A stretch of DNA of 53,925 nt from Octopus bimaculoides (taxonomy: Eukaryota), in assembly GCF_001194135.2 (NCBI RefSeq), contig NC_068987.1, positions 59,680,211-59,734,135 on the forward strand, read 5' to 3'. The notes beneath the pieces are model-generated. The model saw only the letters and a program-made list of their open reading frames with translations. It was not told where the DNA came from and did not search any database. Below, piece after piece: positions 1 through 12,233 of this stretch (positions within the stretch are counted from its first letter, which is position 1; every line of letters begins with the position of its first letter). The translations under genes and the position numbers were made by a program.

Positions 1-24
1 ATATATATACATAATACATGTACA

Positions 25-617
25 ATATGTTGGGCTAAATTTAACAGTTTGTATAAAAGGAAAAGAAAACACAATATCGCATCCAAAAATAAAAGTATTT
101 AAAAAATCAAAAACTATCAGTTGAATTATAACTTGGAGATAACAGTTTACTCAAAGTAGCAACCTTCAGCTTCTACCACAGCCTCAAGAGGGCTGCGGAA
201 CCTGGCGCATGCATTCCTTACTGTGTCCCTGGGAAGATCTTCGAACACCTCCTTGATCTTGGGCACCAGATTAGCCTTGCAGGTAGGGCAGTTGATTTCT
301 TTCTCAACCGCGTCCCACAATTTATGAGATTCCAATCGGTGGAATTAAGAAGCTAAAAATTGGGGCTGGTGAAGTAGAAATTCCCCCAAAAGCAGCTTCT
401 GACACTTTTTGGAGGTATGGCAAGAAGCTGAATCCTGCTGTCACACATATGGCTTTCTAGCAGTAACCTTCTCCAGTCAGCGTTTGATCACAGTCTCTTG
501 CAGCTTCCCTTAGCCATTTGAATTGAGTCCAAGACCATGTTCAAAGATGTGGGACGGCATGACGTCATCCTCACTAGAGAGACACTTCCAACCACATAGA
601 GTCAACCACTAAGTCAC
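25..617 (-). mobile_element. Tc1/mariner DD37D (maT-like) transposase 3' fragment, pseudogenised, cut by (CA)n and a gap
   Basis: Minus-strand translation with stops and frameshifts gives SSEDDVMPSHIF...KPYV*QQDSASCHTSKK...FTSPNF*LLNSTDWN...WDAVEK...DTVRNACARFRSPLEAVVEAEGCYFE. This matches the QQDSAPxH...WPPNSPDxNPxD...EGxYFE catalytic half typical of DD37D transposases. The 37-residue spacing cannot be counted exactly because of frameshifts. Confidence 0.8.
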
Positions 618-622
618 GTGCC

Positions 623-624
<2 letters not shown>

Positions 625-677
<53 letters not shown>
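625..677. repeat. (CA)n microsatellite
   Basis: Perfect CA run directly visible, abutting a gap. Confidence 0.97.
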
Positions 678-877
678 NNNNNNNNNNNNNNNNNNNNNNN
701 NNNNNNNNNNNNNNNNNNNNNNNNNNNNNNNNNNNNNNNNNNNNNNNNNNNNNNNNNNNNNNNNNNNNNNNNNNNNNNNNNNNNNNNNNNNNNNNNNNNN
801 NNNNNNNNNNNNNNNNNNNNNNNNNNNNNNNNNNNNNNNNNNNNNNNNNNNNNNNNNNNNNNNNNNNNNNNNNNNNN
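678..877. other. assembly gap
   Basis: N run. Confidence 0.99.
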
Positions 878-950
878 TTAATTAATAATCTAAAAATAAC
901 ATTACAGTCACAGCGAAACCGTATTCAAACTGCAATATCTGGATGACAGT

Positions 951-1370
951 AAAGCGACGAGCTGGCAGAAACGTTAGCACACCGGGCGAAATGCTTAGCG
1001 GTATTTCGTCTGTCTTTATGTTCTGAGTTCAAATTCCACCGAGGTCGACTTTGCCTTTCATTCTTTCGGGTTCGATAAATTAAGTACCAGTTACGCACTG
1101 GGGTCGATGTAATCGACTTAATCCCCTTGTTTGTCCCCTATATGTTTAGCCCTTTGTGGGCAATAAAGAAATAAGAAACGTTAGCACGCGGGCGAAATAC
1201 TTAGCAGTATTTCGTCTGTCTTTACGTTCTCAGTTTAAATTCTGTTGAGGTCGACTTTGCCTTTCATTCTTTCGGGGTCGATAAATTAAGTACCAGTTTC
1301 GTACTGGAGTCGATCTAATCGACTGGCCCCCTCCACCCAAATTTCGGCCCTTGTGTCTAGAGTAGAAAAG
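951..1370 (+). mobile_element. Dimeric tRNA-derived SINE (family A) with 17-bp TSD
   Basis: Two head-to-tail monomers (gagctggcagaaacgttagc...gagttcaaattc [B-box-like]...gaggtcgactttgcctttcat...aagtaccag). Flanked by aatatctggatgacagt (934-950) and aatatctggataacagt (1371-1387). Confidence 0.9.
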
Positions 1371-2019
1371 AATATCTGGATAACAGTTGCTTGTACCCTG
1401 CATTAATGTATAAGAGTGTAGCACAGACACCAAAATATGTGCTAGCACGTATGTTTAGGTTGATTGTGCAAACATTTCACAGCCGGTAACCAGAGACCTT
1501 GCATGTGGCTGGTCAACCTGCTAGAAATAGCGCATATATACGCATCAGATAATTTCCACTGATTCAAAAATGGGAAAGATCACATCAGGCAATACAGTAA
1601 TAGATAATATGTAAAAGGAGTGCTGGTCATGGATGGAATACTTATCAACAGCAACTAAACTGATGCCGATGCTGCTGCAGCTGCTGCTGTTGATGATTGT
1701 AACGACAACGACGACAAAGATGTCGATGATGATGATTGTAATTTCCTTAGTATCTTCCAAAGCTCACTATGAATCCCCTCGATGTTCGATTCTTGCGTGT
1801 AATGAGCTTAATGTACATTAAGTTAAGACGACTTTTATCAAATCTTTTATTCAGTAGTGAAGATAATGTTCGTGACCCTATACTGGGCCTTCGAGAGTAG
1901 CGGAGAGGAGAGAGAAAGAGTTATCTACAAACTGGAGACTAGGTCTCAATGCTTGCGACAAAGTGGACTTGGCTGGTTTTTAAACCAAGCAACCGTTTAA
2001 GTCTATCATTCATATAAAT

Positions 2020-2255
2020 CCGTGTTTCTCAACCATTTTTCGCCTATGAACTCCTTTGATTCTTATTTTACTCGTATGCATCCTCCTAGCTATTTATGCT
2101 TAAAAAGAAATCAAATTTTATTAGGATTTGTATAACAAATTGTTAAAATATATAGTGTATTGTAGAAGTATAACTAATTTATTGCAAATAAATTTTAACA
2201 ACAAAATCTTATATGGATCCTCAAGGGCCATATGGACCCCGGTTGAAAACCATTG
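2020..2255. mobile_element. hAT-type MITE
   Basis: Termini ccgtgtttctcaacc and ggttgaaaaccattg form imperfect TIRs of the cagtgnttctcaacc type. 8-bp flanks atataaat (2012-2019) and atataaac (2256-2263) are consistent with a hAT TSD. Confidence 0.75.
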
Positions 2256-2589
2256 ATATAAACCACTGTGCAATTTAAACTCAGAATGCAAAGAAGCAGA
2301 ACAAACACTGGTTGTTATACAGAATGTTGTTGCTTACCAAGTTATGGCTGACGGCAATACTTGATGCAGAACTCCAAAGATAAAGTTAAACTGAGCTCAA
2401 TGAGCATTGCAATAATTATTGTTGCTTTCTTCTGGCCTACACACACATTCAATACGAAACATTGCAAACTACTGAAGCACTTTGGCATTTTCGTGACATC
2501 CACTCCATCATTACCACGCGAATACACACGAACACATCTACAGATGGACACATGTAGGCATGTACTGAGATACATTCGCATATACAAAC

Positions 2590-2716
2590 ACTAACATGCA
2601 AACATGAACATGCTGACACACACACACACACATACAAACACGCTGGAACACACACACACATATCTAAATACACAGATTCACATGCATACGCATGCATACA
2701 GACACATGAGCGTAGA

Positions 2717-2749
<33 letters not shown>

Positions 2750-3070
2750 ACACACGCACACACATACATATATATATATATGTACCTATGCCCATATACA
2801 TATTACACACCACACACGCTGACATACATGCTCAAATATAGAGACGCATATGTACACGAGCGGGGACACATACATACACAATAACAATCAGTTACACACA
2901 TACACATATATACTTACATGCACTCGCATGCACGTACGAATTCACGCACATCATATACCACCATACATTATACACAAGTAGAGATACCAATAAACATATG
3001 CACATACACATACACACATATACATGTGTAGATAAATATACACACACGCACTCACACACACACACGGGTA
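2590..3070. repeat. compound (CA)/(TA)/(CATA) microsatellite region
   Basis: Directly visible; explains the His/Thr-rich spurious ORFs. Confidence 0.9.
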
Positions 3071-4151
3071 GATGCACATTGACACTCCTTGCACATCTAC
3101 TAGACAGTGTGTACTTGGCCACACAGTATCCTAGGAACAAAATTTCCATCAAGTTACATCCTAATGCCTTAATGATAAGAAAGAAACCTGCTTATCTAGT
3201 TCTTGATATACAAAATGACAGAGCGATGATGACATGAAGATACGTGATTATATTTCTATTTAATGACAGCCAAGCTGAAGCTAAACAATAATAAACAACA
3301 ACAGCAACAGCAGTAACAACAATTTTTGCATTAAACCTCCAGTTATTTAGTGATATTTGTAGTATTAATATTGTGTACATGTTATAACTCAACACAATTA
3401 TTTTCAATACAAACATTCAGAAACAATAAAATCAACACCGGAGTTCAATCATTCAACTCAGATCTTCAACGAACGCAAAGTAGTCTCATATTTTATATAT
3501 TCTGGTTCCTATTTCCACTTGTTCAGGATACTTTTGAATGTAAAATATCACAAACACCATTGGAAACGAATAATGATCTATTAATATAATAAACACTTCC
3601 TAATTATTGCTGATATATGCTCAGATAGTCACATTATAGTTTCCAAAAATTGTATCGTAGCCACGCCTTTTGCAGACTTGTTATTTCCAAATTTCGACAT
3701 GTCTTCACTCTAGATAATTTGCGGTCCGAACGTAGAGAAGTTTGGGAATGTAACGTCATCTAAAACCATTTAAAACGTGATATATCTAAACTGTCTTCTC
3801 CACCGAATTTGGTCACACTATTCAAGCAAAATCTAAAAGTAGTCTGTGAGTCCATTCTCTAAGTGTTTGTGAGAACTTAGTTTCTGTCTTTCTGCTATAG
3901 AGACCTCAATGAATTTGTATCGAACAAGAAAGTGAGAGAAAACTTTGTACACGATCAATTATTTCTATCTATGACTAAGAACTTTTGAACTGTATTGTCG
4001 CGCACATTTGAAAACTCATAAAAATGTTTCGATATATACACACAAAAAATATTAGTAATCTTGTATGTAATGAAACATCGTTCGTTGTATTGATTTTTAC
4101 TGTTTCTTTATTGAGGTTTGACAGAACAATTTAAAAGGGAGTAACTTTATA

Positions 4152-4515
4152 TTAAGATGTGGAATGTACAATTTCCTGTAATTCAGGCCGCTCCATGTTC
4201 CCAGCAGACAAAATGAAAAGGAGGTTGCCTCGGAGAATGACGAGAGAGATTAGCTGGAACAGCCACTCCGACTCACAGGGCTCACACTTGCAGATAGCCA
4301 TCTCCTCCCCGATAACAGTGAGCAAGGATATGGTCCGGGGGCTGAGAACACCGGAGGTTTTCACTGTCACAGACTCGATCGTACACCTGTCAGAGAGCGA
4401 CCGATACTTTGACAGTTTGCTTTTCTCAGACTGATGAGCAGTGTAGCCTGGGCTGGTTGCTGAACACACCAAGTTGCCACTGGGGAACATGTCCCAGCAT
4501 GTAAGAACCTTATCT
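4152..4515 (-). mobile_element. 3' end (REL endonuclease domain) of a CRE-clade non-LTR retrotransposon, 5'-truncated
   Basis: ORF 4152..4538 reads ...SATSPGYTAHQSEKSKLSKYRSLSDRCTIESVTVKTSGVLSPRTISLLTVIGEEMAICKCEPCESEWLFQLISLVILRGNLLFILSAG. It matches the CRE-type REL tail pattern AxxAExxKxxKYxxLxxxyxfxPxAvETxGxxGxxxxxxlxxiGxxxxxxxGEPRxxxxLxQRiSxAixRGN. GC-rich relative to its flanks, with aataaa downstream on the minus strand. Confidence 0.7.
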
Positions 4516-4518
4516 TCG

Positions 4519-4697
4519 TTTTTTGTTCGTTTTGTCATGCATACTCTTCTTGCCGAAAATGTGTAGATTGGATTGTATTTAAAGTTCGTGTTAAATAACT
4601 TCTACCAACTGTTTACTTAAATTATTATTTTGTTCAAAATATTTGTCCTCATTGTTCTGTATCCCTGTGTCATTTAATTTATATATCTGACGTTATT
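4519..4697. repeat. diverged direct repeat, copy 1 (copy 2 at 5681-5880)
   Basis: Shared blocks actcttcttg(c/a)cgaaaat and atttgtc(c/t)tcattgtt(c/a)tgtatcc...tgtgtcatttaatt occur in both copies. Confidence 0.75.
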
Positions 4698-5680
4698 TAT
4701 GTTGTTAAGACACGTTACACATTCCGTATCGAATCGGCGTCGTGTTGTAGGTTATCATTTTTACTTTGGTCGTCTCACAACCGAGCAAAACTTTTTGTTT
4801 ACTTGCAATTACTTTAATACGAATGTTGACCAGCAGGCAACATTAATGCAGGCGCTTATAGCTGGTATTCAATGTTTGAGTTTGTCTGTCACAGAATTTC
4901 TCTCTTCGACGTTCCCGTCTTTACATCTCCAGTACACCTCGGTGACTCCGATCACATTGCTAGTAGCACCGCAGGTTGGCTCGCAGGCTCAACACCGCAT
5001 TGAATCTTCTATTTTTTTTGCAATAGAATTTTTTAAAGATTTTTTTGCCTTTCTCTACTCCCTCCCCACCGCATGAAACTCTCTGAGCAGCCATTAAACA
5101 CAACAGATTTGCGTAAAAGTCAGTCACTTGCTTTATGTACATGACAGAACATCTGCGATGAGAATTGAAATTAAATCAGCTTCCCTTAATATTTTTCGAC
5201 TGTAAAAAAAGAAAAAAAAGTCATTGTTTCATGTGGTCAATTATTCGCAGTTTTGGTGAAAAATCACCTTGAAGTTGGGACTAAGTCGTAGTTTCAAACA
5301 GATTTTTATCGTAGCTAATTTAATTTCACCGATAACAGACGCAGATTTCCTACATTAATTTGATCTTTTGGTAGACCTAAAATGTTAGAAGTTAGTGGAC
5401 TCAATCACCAGCTTAACAGTTCCCGCCGTTCTTTCCACATTTTCTGTTAGTCTAATGTTTTTTTTTGAAACCAGTAACCAATAAATATGGAGTATTTTTG
5501 GAACAATATACTGACTTAGCTCGACTAACATTTAACAACGAAAAAGTTATTGATTTTGTTATACATCATATCATGATCAGGGGATTAAAAGTTTTTCACT
5601 CTATTGTTATGTACACAATTATAGCAACTTACCAATATGCATCACTGCAATATGTTCATTTTCACAAAATATAGCAATTA

Positions 5681-5880
5681 GTTTTTTTTTGTTCTGTTAT
5701 AACACTCTTCTTGACGAAAATTTGGACTTTGTATTACTTTCAAACATTCGGGCTAAAGTATGTATAAACTTAGTCCTAACCAATTATTTTCTTTACTGAA
5801 TTAAATTGTATTCTGTTCGAAACATTTGTCTTCATTGTTATGTATCCTGTGTCATTTAATTCATTTTATATGAGGACATT
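5681..5880. repeat. diverged direct repeat, copy 2
   Basis: Same blocks as 4519-4697, about 1.16 kb downstream. Confidence 0.75.
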
Positions 5881-7127
5881 TAAACAGGTTTCAGCATATT
5901 CTTTTCGATTTGAGTTGGTTTCCTGTTGTCGGTTGCCATTTTATTGACGTTTCATCACATCCGAATAATAATTTCCTCTTTATCAATTCCGGATGGAGTT
6001 GGTACCATCCACTTTCGACTTCGCGATACTTTACAAAGATATGAGCATTGAAGAGGATTCTCACAGTTACACATTTAAGGCGCAAGAACATTAATTAAAA
6101 CACGTGCAACAAACAAAGTGATCTATATCGTAATCAATTCGATAATTTGCTTATGTCAAGAATGTGAAGGAGCTGCGTTTATTTTCTAGAATCAATGGTG
6201 ACGATAGTATTCTAGATTATTCTTGTTTCTTTTACAAGATCAGAACTAAAGGCGACGAACAAAATACTCATTAGCACACTCACCTACAACTTACAGAGAC
6301 ATTTGCATACACTTACGTGCGACACATATTCAAACAGAACACATTCACAAACACGGAAAAATTCAAGATTGATATTGCATAGTCGTTCTAAAAGATCAAA
6401 AGAATTCAATAAGACTTGTTCCAGGTAAAGAATGATTTCTTCAGTGTCAAATCGGATCATACTGTAATTTGAATTCTTGATAAATCTCGTTAGTTTTCTG
6501 GGAGTGGAAGAGTAAGCTGATTAAAATTTGTAGGGTAAAACAGGGAAAATCAAAGGTTTACTGTTTGCAGTTATATTCACTGTATTGTTGTAATTAATTG
6601 AACTTTACAGATAAACCAGGACAAAGATGTTGGAAAATATTGACTTAATCTGGTTGATAATCTAGAACTACAAATAAGAAAATAAAATGTAATGAAGATA
6701 GAAACAAAACAAAATTGTGTGACTTATGATATTAATTTTATAATTCTGCAAAATAGTGACGTGGTAATAAATGTCGAACAAGTTATCACTCAGAATGGCT
6801 ACAGTAAAAATGTAAAAGATTCGTAATCAATAGGAAGATCGTTTAAGGGAACATCTTTGTTCGTCCGACGGAACGATACCGAATCGCTCAGGCCTGCAAC
6901 ACCCGTCACTTTAAATCGACTGGCCAAACTTAATATACCCACATCTCATCGTTTGTAACATTATTCTACACTACAGATCTGTGCATATACATCGTGAGCA
7001 GTAATGAATTTCCGCCTTAAGACAGCTGACTAATTGGAATAAATACTCGCAATGTTTTTGTTTACTAGCATTGTTCTCCCTCTTAACACACCAACGCATT
7101 GATAAACATTCTTACGTGGATTTCATA

Positions 7128-7135
7128 CCTGCTTG

Positions 7136-7186
<51 letters not shown>

Positions 7187-7235
7187 ACCTACCTACCTAC
7201 CTACCTACCAACTTACATACGTACATACATACATA
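7128..7235. repeat. (CCTG)n-(CCTA)n-(CATA)n compound tetranucleotide microsatellite
   Basis: Directly visible; followed by the gap at 7236-7274. Confidence 0.95.
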
Positions 7236-9684
7236 NNNNNNNNNNNNNNNNNNNNNNNNNNNNNNNNNNNNNNNATATATATATATATATATACATACAC
7301 AATCGTATTTCTGAATTAGAAGGTGAGAAAGCATAATAGAAATTCAAGAAATCAATCGTAATCTGTTCTGTGGATTTCTAAAATTACTTTGATTTCATTG
7401 ATGGTAGCATGATTCGGAAAATATCCATCACCCAAATTCACGTTACTCTGTAGGTAGACTTATATGATAACATTAGATTTAAGATGCAATCGAAATCGAG
7501 CTAATCTTGCTTTTGAAGTGAAATCAATCATGGAGAAAGAAACAAAAAACCTGCATGATATTGCGCAATTCAGCGATCCACAATTCTGTGATTTAAACTA
7601 TGGAGAATACATCTCAGTTTCTAGTCTGACACTTGAAATCTAGTCATTGGCTTTCCGTGTACATATTTCCAATCATTTTTGAGCAGGAATCAATTTATGA
7701 GAAAAGAAATATTGGAAATATAATCAATATCCATCCTAAGCTCAGTTTGTTGTATATGTTCTGACATGTAAATCTGATAAAAAATATAGCATAGATGATC
7801 ATCATAAAACATACAAGAGTTTCAGCTCTTGTATATTTTATGATAACCTCCCGTGCTAATATCATGTAAACTCTTCTAATAAAACGCATTATTCTATAGG
7901 AAAGTTAGCTTACAAAAAATAGACCAAAAAAAAAAAAAAAACACTGCTACATTAGAACATCTGTCTTCGATAATAAATGTCACAAAATTATATTAAGATC
8001 ATATCATTAAGAAGATTGTATCACTATAGCAAGAGTGGGCTACATTGTGCAGAAATTAAAGAATGAACGGAAACATGATGTTGCCGTGTCATTTATAACG
8101 AAAAAAACAATTCCAGTCCTAAGTAGCTTTTACAGTGGATGATGACAGAAGAGCGTTGGTGTGATGAGTATGCCTTCTGCTTGCATGAAAAATAATCACA
8201 GATGTTTCTTCACAGCTATCAGTCAGATAGGTAGAAGAATGCTGTAACGTATGCCCTACGGCATCTAAGAACGAAAAAGTGCGCAGTTTATGGAAATTAG
8301 TAATACATATGATCCGAACGTGTTTCATATATGGAACATTGCAAAAATTATACGAATTATAATAAATGGAAAAAAAAAAACCAAAACAAAAACAATTTCT
8401 GCATTAATAAATTGGTATGCGACGGTGTTCGTATTTTATATTTCTTGTTAAGGATTTTCAAAATTTTCCTTGTTATTTCTTTGTTTCTTTCGGAACAATA
8501 ACGTTCCTAAATCCATTAATCAATTAACATTTCAAGACAGTCTCGACCAAATTATCAAAACAAGGTGACGGTAAGAATATGCTGTTGTTTGCGCGCTTTG
8601 CAATAGGGAACACGGGATCATGGGAATATTTATATAACTGATAATATTTAGGTTTTAGCAACGACCTTCTTCCCAACTAAACAAAAACGACCAAGAGAGA
8701 AGCATGAAATATTAGTAATAAAACAGTTTAAACTCAAGCACTGTAGTGTTTATTATATAACTTGTTTCAAAGAAAAACTGCTCTCAGCTTCCATCCCCTC
8801 ATTCATAAATACACACACACACACACACATTTATGTATGTGTGTGTGTGAGTGCGTGTATGAGTGAGTATGTATGAATGTTTTCTATTTCCACACCTTCA
8901 TATGCATATGTATGTATGCATGTATGAATGTATGTATGTATATGTGTGTTTGTGTTTCCTCGGTCACGAGTGGACGGCCATCATCATCATGTATGTATGT
9001 ATGTATGTATATATCGGTTTGTTGGCGTGGGTGTGCATAAAAAAGAGAAAGAAAGAAAAAGAAGCAAGAAGATAAAGGTGTATTCTCAAGAGGAAAATCG
9101 AACTGTATTCTGATGTACATGTCAGTTCATGTAATAGGAAGAATGCAAAAGAATGAAAATGAAACTGCTAACAATGTAAAAAAGTTATACAAAATGCCGA
9201 GTACATATACATGTAGAAATAAAAATAGATTGCAAAACAAACATGGAAGGCAGTTATAAGCGTATTATATTCTGTATATTGCATTGACTTTCTAGCACAC
9301 GGGTTAAATATAAAACCTACGGATTACAAAAGAAATAGTGACCCCCAAATGTACTTTCGAAAACGAGAAAAGAAAACCTACATGATTTTCTCTCTGCTAT
9401 GAAATGAGAACACACGCAAAAGTAGTTTTTTCCTGTTACTCAGTGATTTTATGCTTAGAAGCAAAGCACGGCACCAAATTCTATTTTCTGTAGAACATCG
9501 ATTTTTTTTCCAATGCTTCTCAAAGTGCAGGCTGCAGGAAATTTTATATGTATACTTGGCGCAAAAAGCGCAGCAGGAAGAGATAGATGCATCTGTGTAG
9601 TTAAAAAAATTTTTTTTTGTATCTCATTTAGATTTAAACACTAAAAATTTTAGATGTAATATTATGATAAACGAACGTAGAAAA

Positions 9685-9868
9685 AAAGTGCTTAGCAGCA
9701 TTTCGTCCGACTTTACGTTCTGAGTTAAAATGTTGCCGGGGTTATCTTTACCTATCATAATTTCGAGGTCGATAAAATAAGTACCAGTTGAACACTGTGG
9801 TCGATGTAATTGACTACCCCCAGTCCCAGAAACTGCTGGCTTTGTGCCAAATTTTGAAACCATTATTA
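9685..9868 (+). mobile_element. SINE family A monomer, 5'-truncated and diverged
   Basis: cttagcagcatttcgtccgactttacgttctgagtt...gaggtcgataaaataagtaccagttg...ttgtgccaaattttgaaaccattatt. Confidence 0.8.
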
Positions 9869-9944
9869 CGACAAACTACGGCTTGCCACAATCATAACAA
9901 CAACGACATTATGTATATCAAGGTCAATAAGAGGCTTCAAAATA

Positions 9945-9987
<43 letters not shown>

Positions 9988-10057
9988 GTATAATTATCAC
10001 TCTTTATGAGCATTTCGATGCATACAATAAAAATAACCAGTGTAAAGACCCGACTTC

Positions 10058-10099
<42 letters not shown>

Positions 10100-10446
10100 C
10101 ACATGTTTTAATGCTGTTGGTTTTAGCCATGAGGTGTATAAACAGGCATGTGTAAATTGCAGGTCGACAGAGAAATCAATATATGTCTGTGACTACATGG
10201 AAATCACAACTATACATCAGAATATAGAGATGAATTTAATTTGTTAGCTACGGGAGAATGAATTTGGCTGAAGACACGTTCCCTGTTAGGTCGATAGCTA
10301 AAGTAAAGTAGTGATGTGTCAAATCTTTGTTTATATGGGTATGGCGGTGTCGTTAGTATTCCTACGCATCAAATGAGCTGCTGGAACTACATTATTGTGG
10401 CTAGATATAATGTGTATGCATATTAAAATGGGAAGAATGTTCACGT

Positions 10447-10642
10447 ACTGGCAGAATCGTTAGCTCAGCGGCATTTCGCCCGTCTTTACGTTCTGAGTTC
10501 AAATTTCACCGAGGACGACTTTGCCTTTCATCCTTTCGGGCTCGGTAAAGCAACAAGTACCAGTTGAACACTGGAGTCGATGCAATCAACTTAATTCCTC
10601 CGCGAAAGAGCTGGCGTTGTGCCAAAATTTGAAACCAACATT
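10447..10642 (+). mobile_element. SINE family A monomer
   Basis: ctggcagaatcgttagc...gagttcaaatt...actttgcctttcatcctttcggg...gtgccaaaatttgaaacc. Confidence 0.85.
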
Positions 10643-11243
10643 AAAACGGGAAGAAGTGTTCAGTTCTAGCAAGGAGGCGGTAAAAATAGTGTTAGCAAAA
10701 GAAAATTGCTGATAGTCTAAAACGTTAGAAAAGCTCTGGTTTACTTGGTCCTCTAAAATTATGTTTCATAGCGATAATTAATAACTTTGTAATGAATTTA
10801 AGAATATAGGGGTGCATTGCCACAATACACAAACGACAGTGGACAACCAGAAAAGATTTATTAAATTTATTAAATTTACACAACAAAAAAGTTATTTTGG
10901 CAAGAGGAAAATCCAATATATTAGAACTCACATGAGTTTTGCTTTTATGTACACCCTTTCCATTACATTAACTGATAGTTGTATTTTTGTATGGAAAACG
11001 GACAATATATGATATATATATATGATATATGATATATGATATATATATATACACACACATATATAAGATTGTTCTCACGAAAATTCAGCAAACACCAAAC
11101 ATTTCTAGCAAAATGGATGTCCACTTAGTAGTCATCCCTCTTATATGTATGCGATGTAATTTTTCAGAATCTTCAGATTTTTTCAATATGCTAGGCCATT
11201 GGTTTTAAATTGATATTAATCAAATTAATATTCAATTTTTCAC

Positions 11244-11292
<49 letters not shown>

Positions 11293-11353
11293 TAAGTTTA
11301 CACTCACTCACATACACACTCTTACATATATATACACGCATATATATATATAT

Positions 11354-12206
11354 NNNNNNNNNNNNNNNNNNNNNNNNNNNNNNNNNNNNNNNNNNNNNNN
11401 NNNNNNNNNNNNNNNNNNNNNNNNNNNNNNNNNNNNNNNNNNNNNNNNNNNNNNNNNNNNNNNNNNNNNNNNNNNNNNNNNNNNNNNNNNNNNNNNNNNN
11501 NNNNNNNNNNNNNNNNNNNNNNNNNNNNNNNNNNNNNNNNNNNNNNNNNNNNNNNNNNNNNNNNNNNNNNNNNNNNNNNNNNNNNNNNNNNNNNNNNNNN
11601 NNNNNNNNNNNNNNNNNNNNNNNNNNNNNNNNNNNNNNNNNNNNNNNNNNNNNNNNNNNNNNNNNNNNNNNNNNNNNNNNNNNNNNNNNNNNNNNNNNNN
11701 NNNNNNNNNNNNNNNNNNNNNNNNNNNNNNNNNNNNNNNNNNNNNNNNNNNNNNNNNNNNNNNNNNNNNNNNNNNNNNNNNNNNNNNNNNNNNNNNNNNN
11801 NNNNNNNNNNNNNNNNNNNNNNNNNNNNNNNNNNNNNNNNNNNNNNNNNNNNNNNNNNNNNNNNNNNNNNNNNNNNNNNNNNNNNNNNNNNNNNNNNNNN
11901 NNNNNNNNNNNNNNNNNNNNNNNNNNNNNNNNNNNNNNNNNNNNNNNNNNNNNNNNNNNNNNNNNNNNNNNNNNNNNNNNNNNNNNNNNNNNNNNNNNNN
12001 NNNNNNNNNNNNNNNNNNNNNNNNNNNNNNNNNNNNNNNNNNNNNNNNNNNNNNNNNNNNNNNNNNNNNNNNNNNNNNNNNNNNNNNNNNNNNNNNNNNN
12101 NNNNNNNNNNNNNNNNNNNNNNNNNNNNNNNNNNNNNNNNNNNNNNNNNNNNNNNNNNNNNNNNNNNNNNNNNNNNNNNNNNNNNNNNNNNNNNNNNNNN
12201 NNNNNN
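11354..12206. other. assembly gap
   Basis: N run flanked by (TA)n and (CA)n. Confidence 0.99.
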
Positions 12207-12233
12207 ACACACACACACACACGCACATGTATA

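Noticed and set aside
4880-4995. LGDSDH peptide resembling the APE endonuclease SDH motif
   Set aside because: A single short motif with no other APE motifs nearby in any frame.
11090-11250. Possible Tc1/mariner terminal remnant ending cacccttata
   Set aside because: The partner terminus would lie in the gap or is absent; no coding motif supports it.
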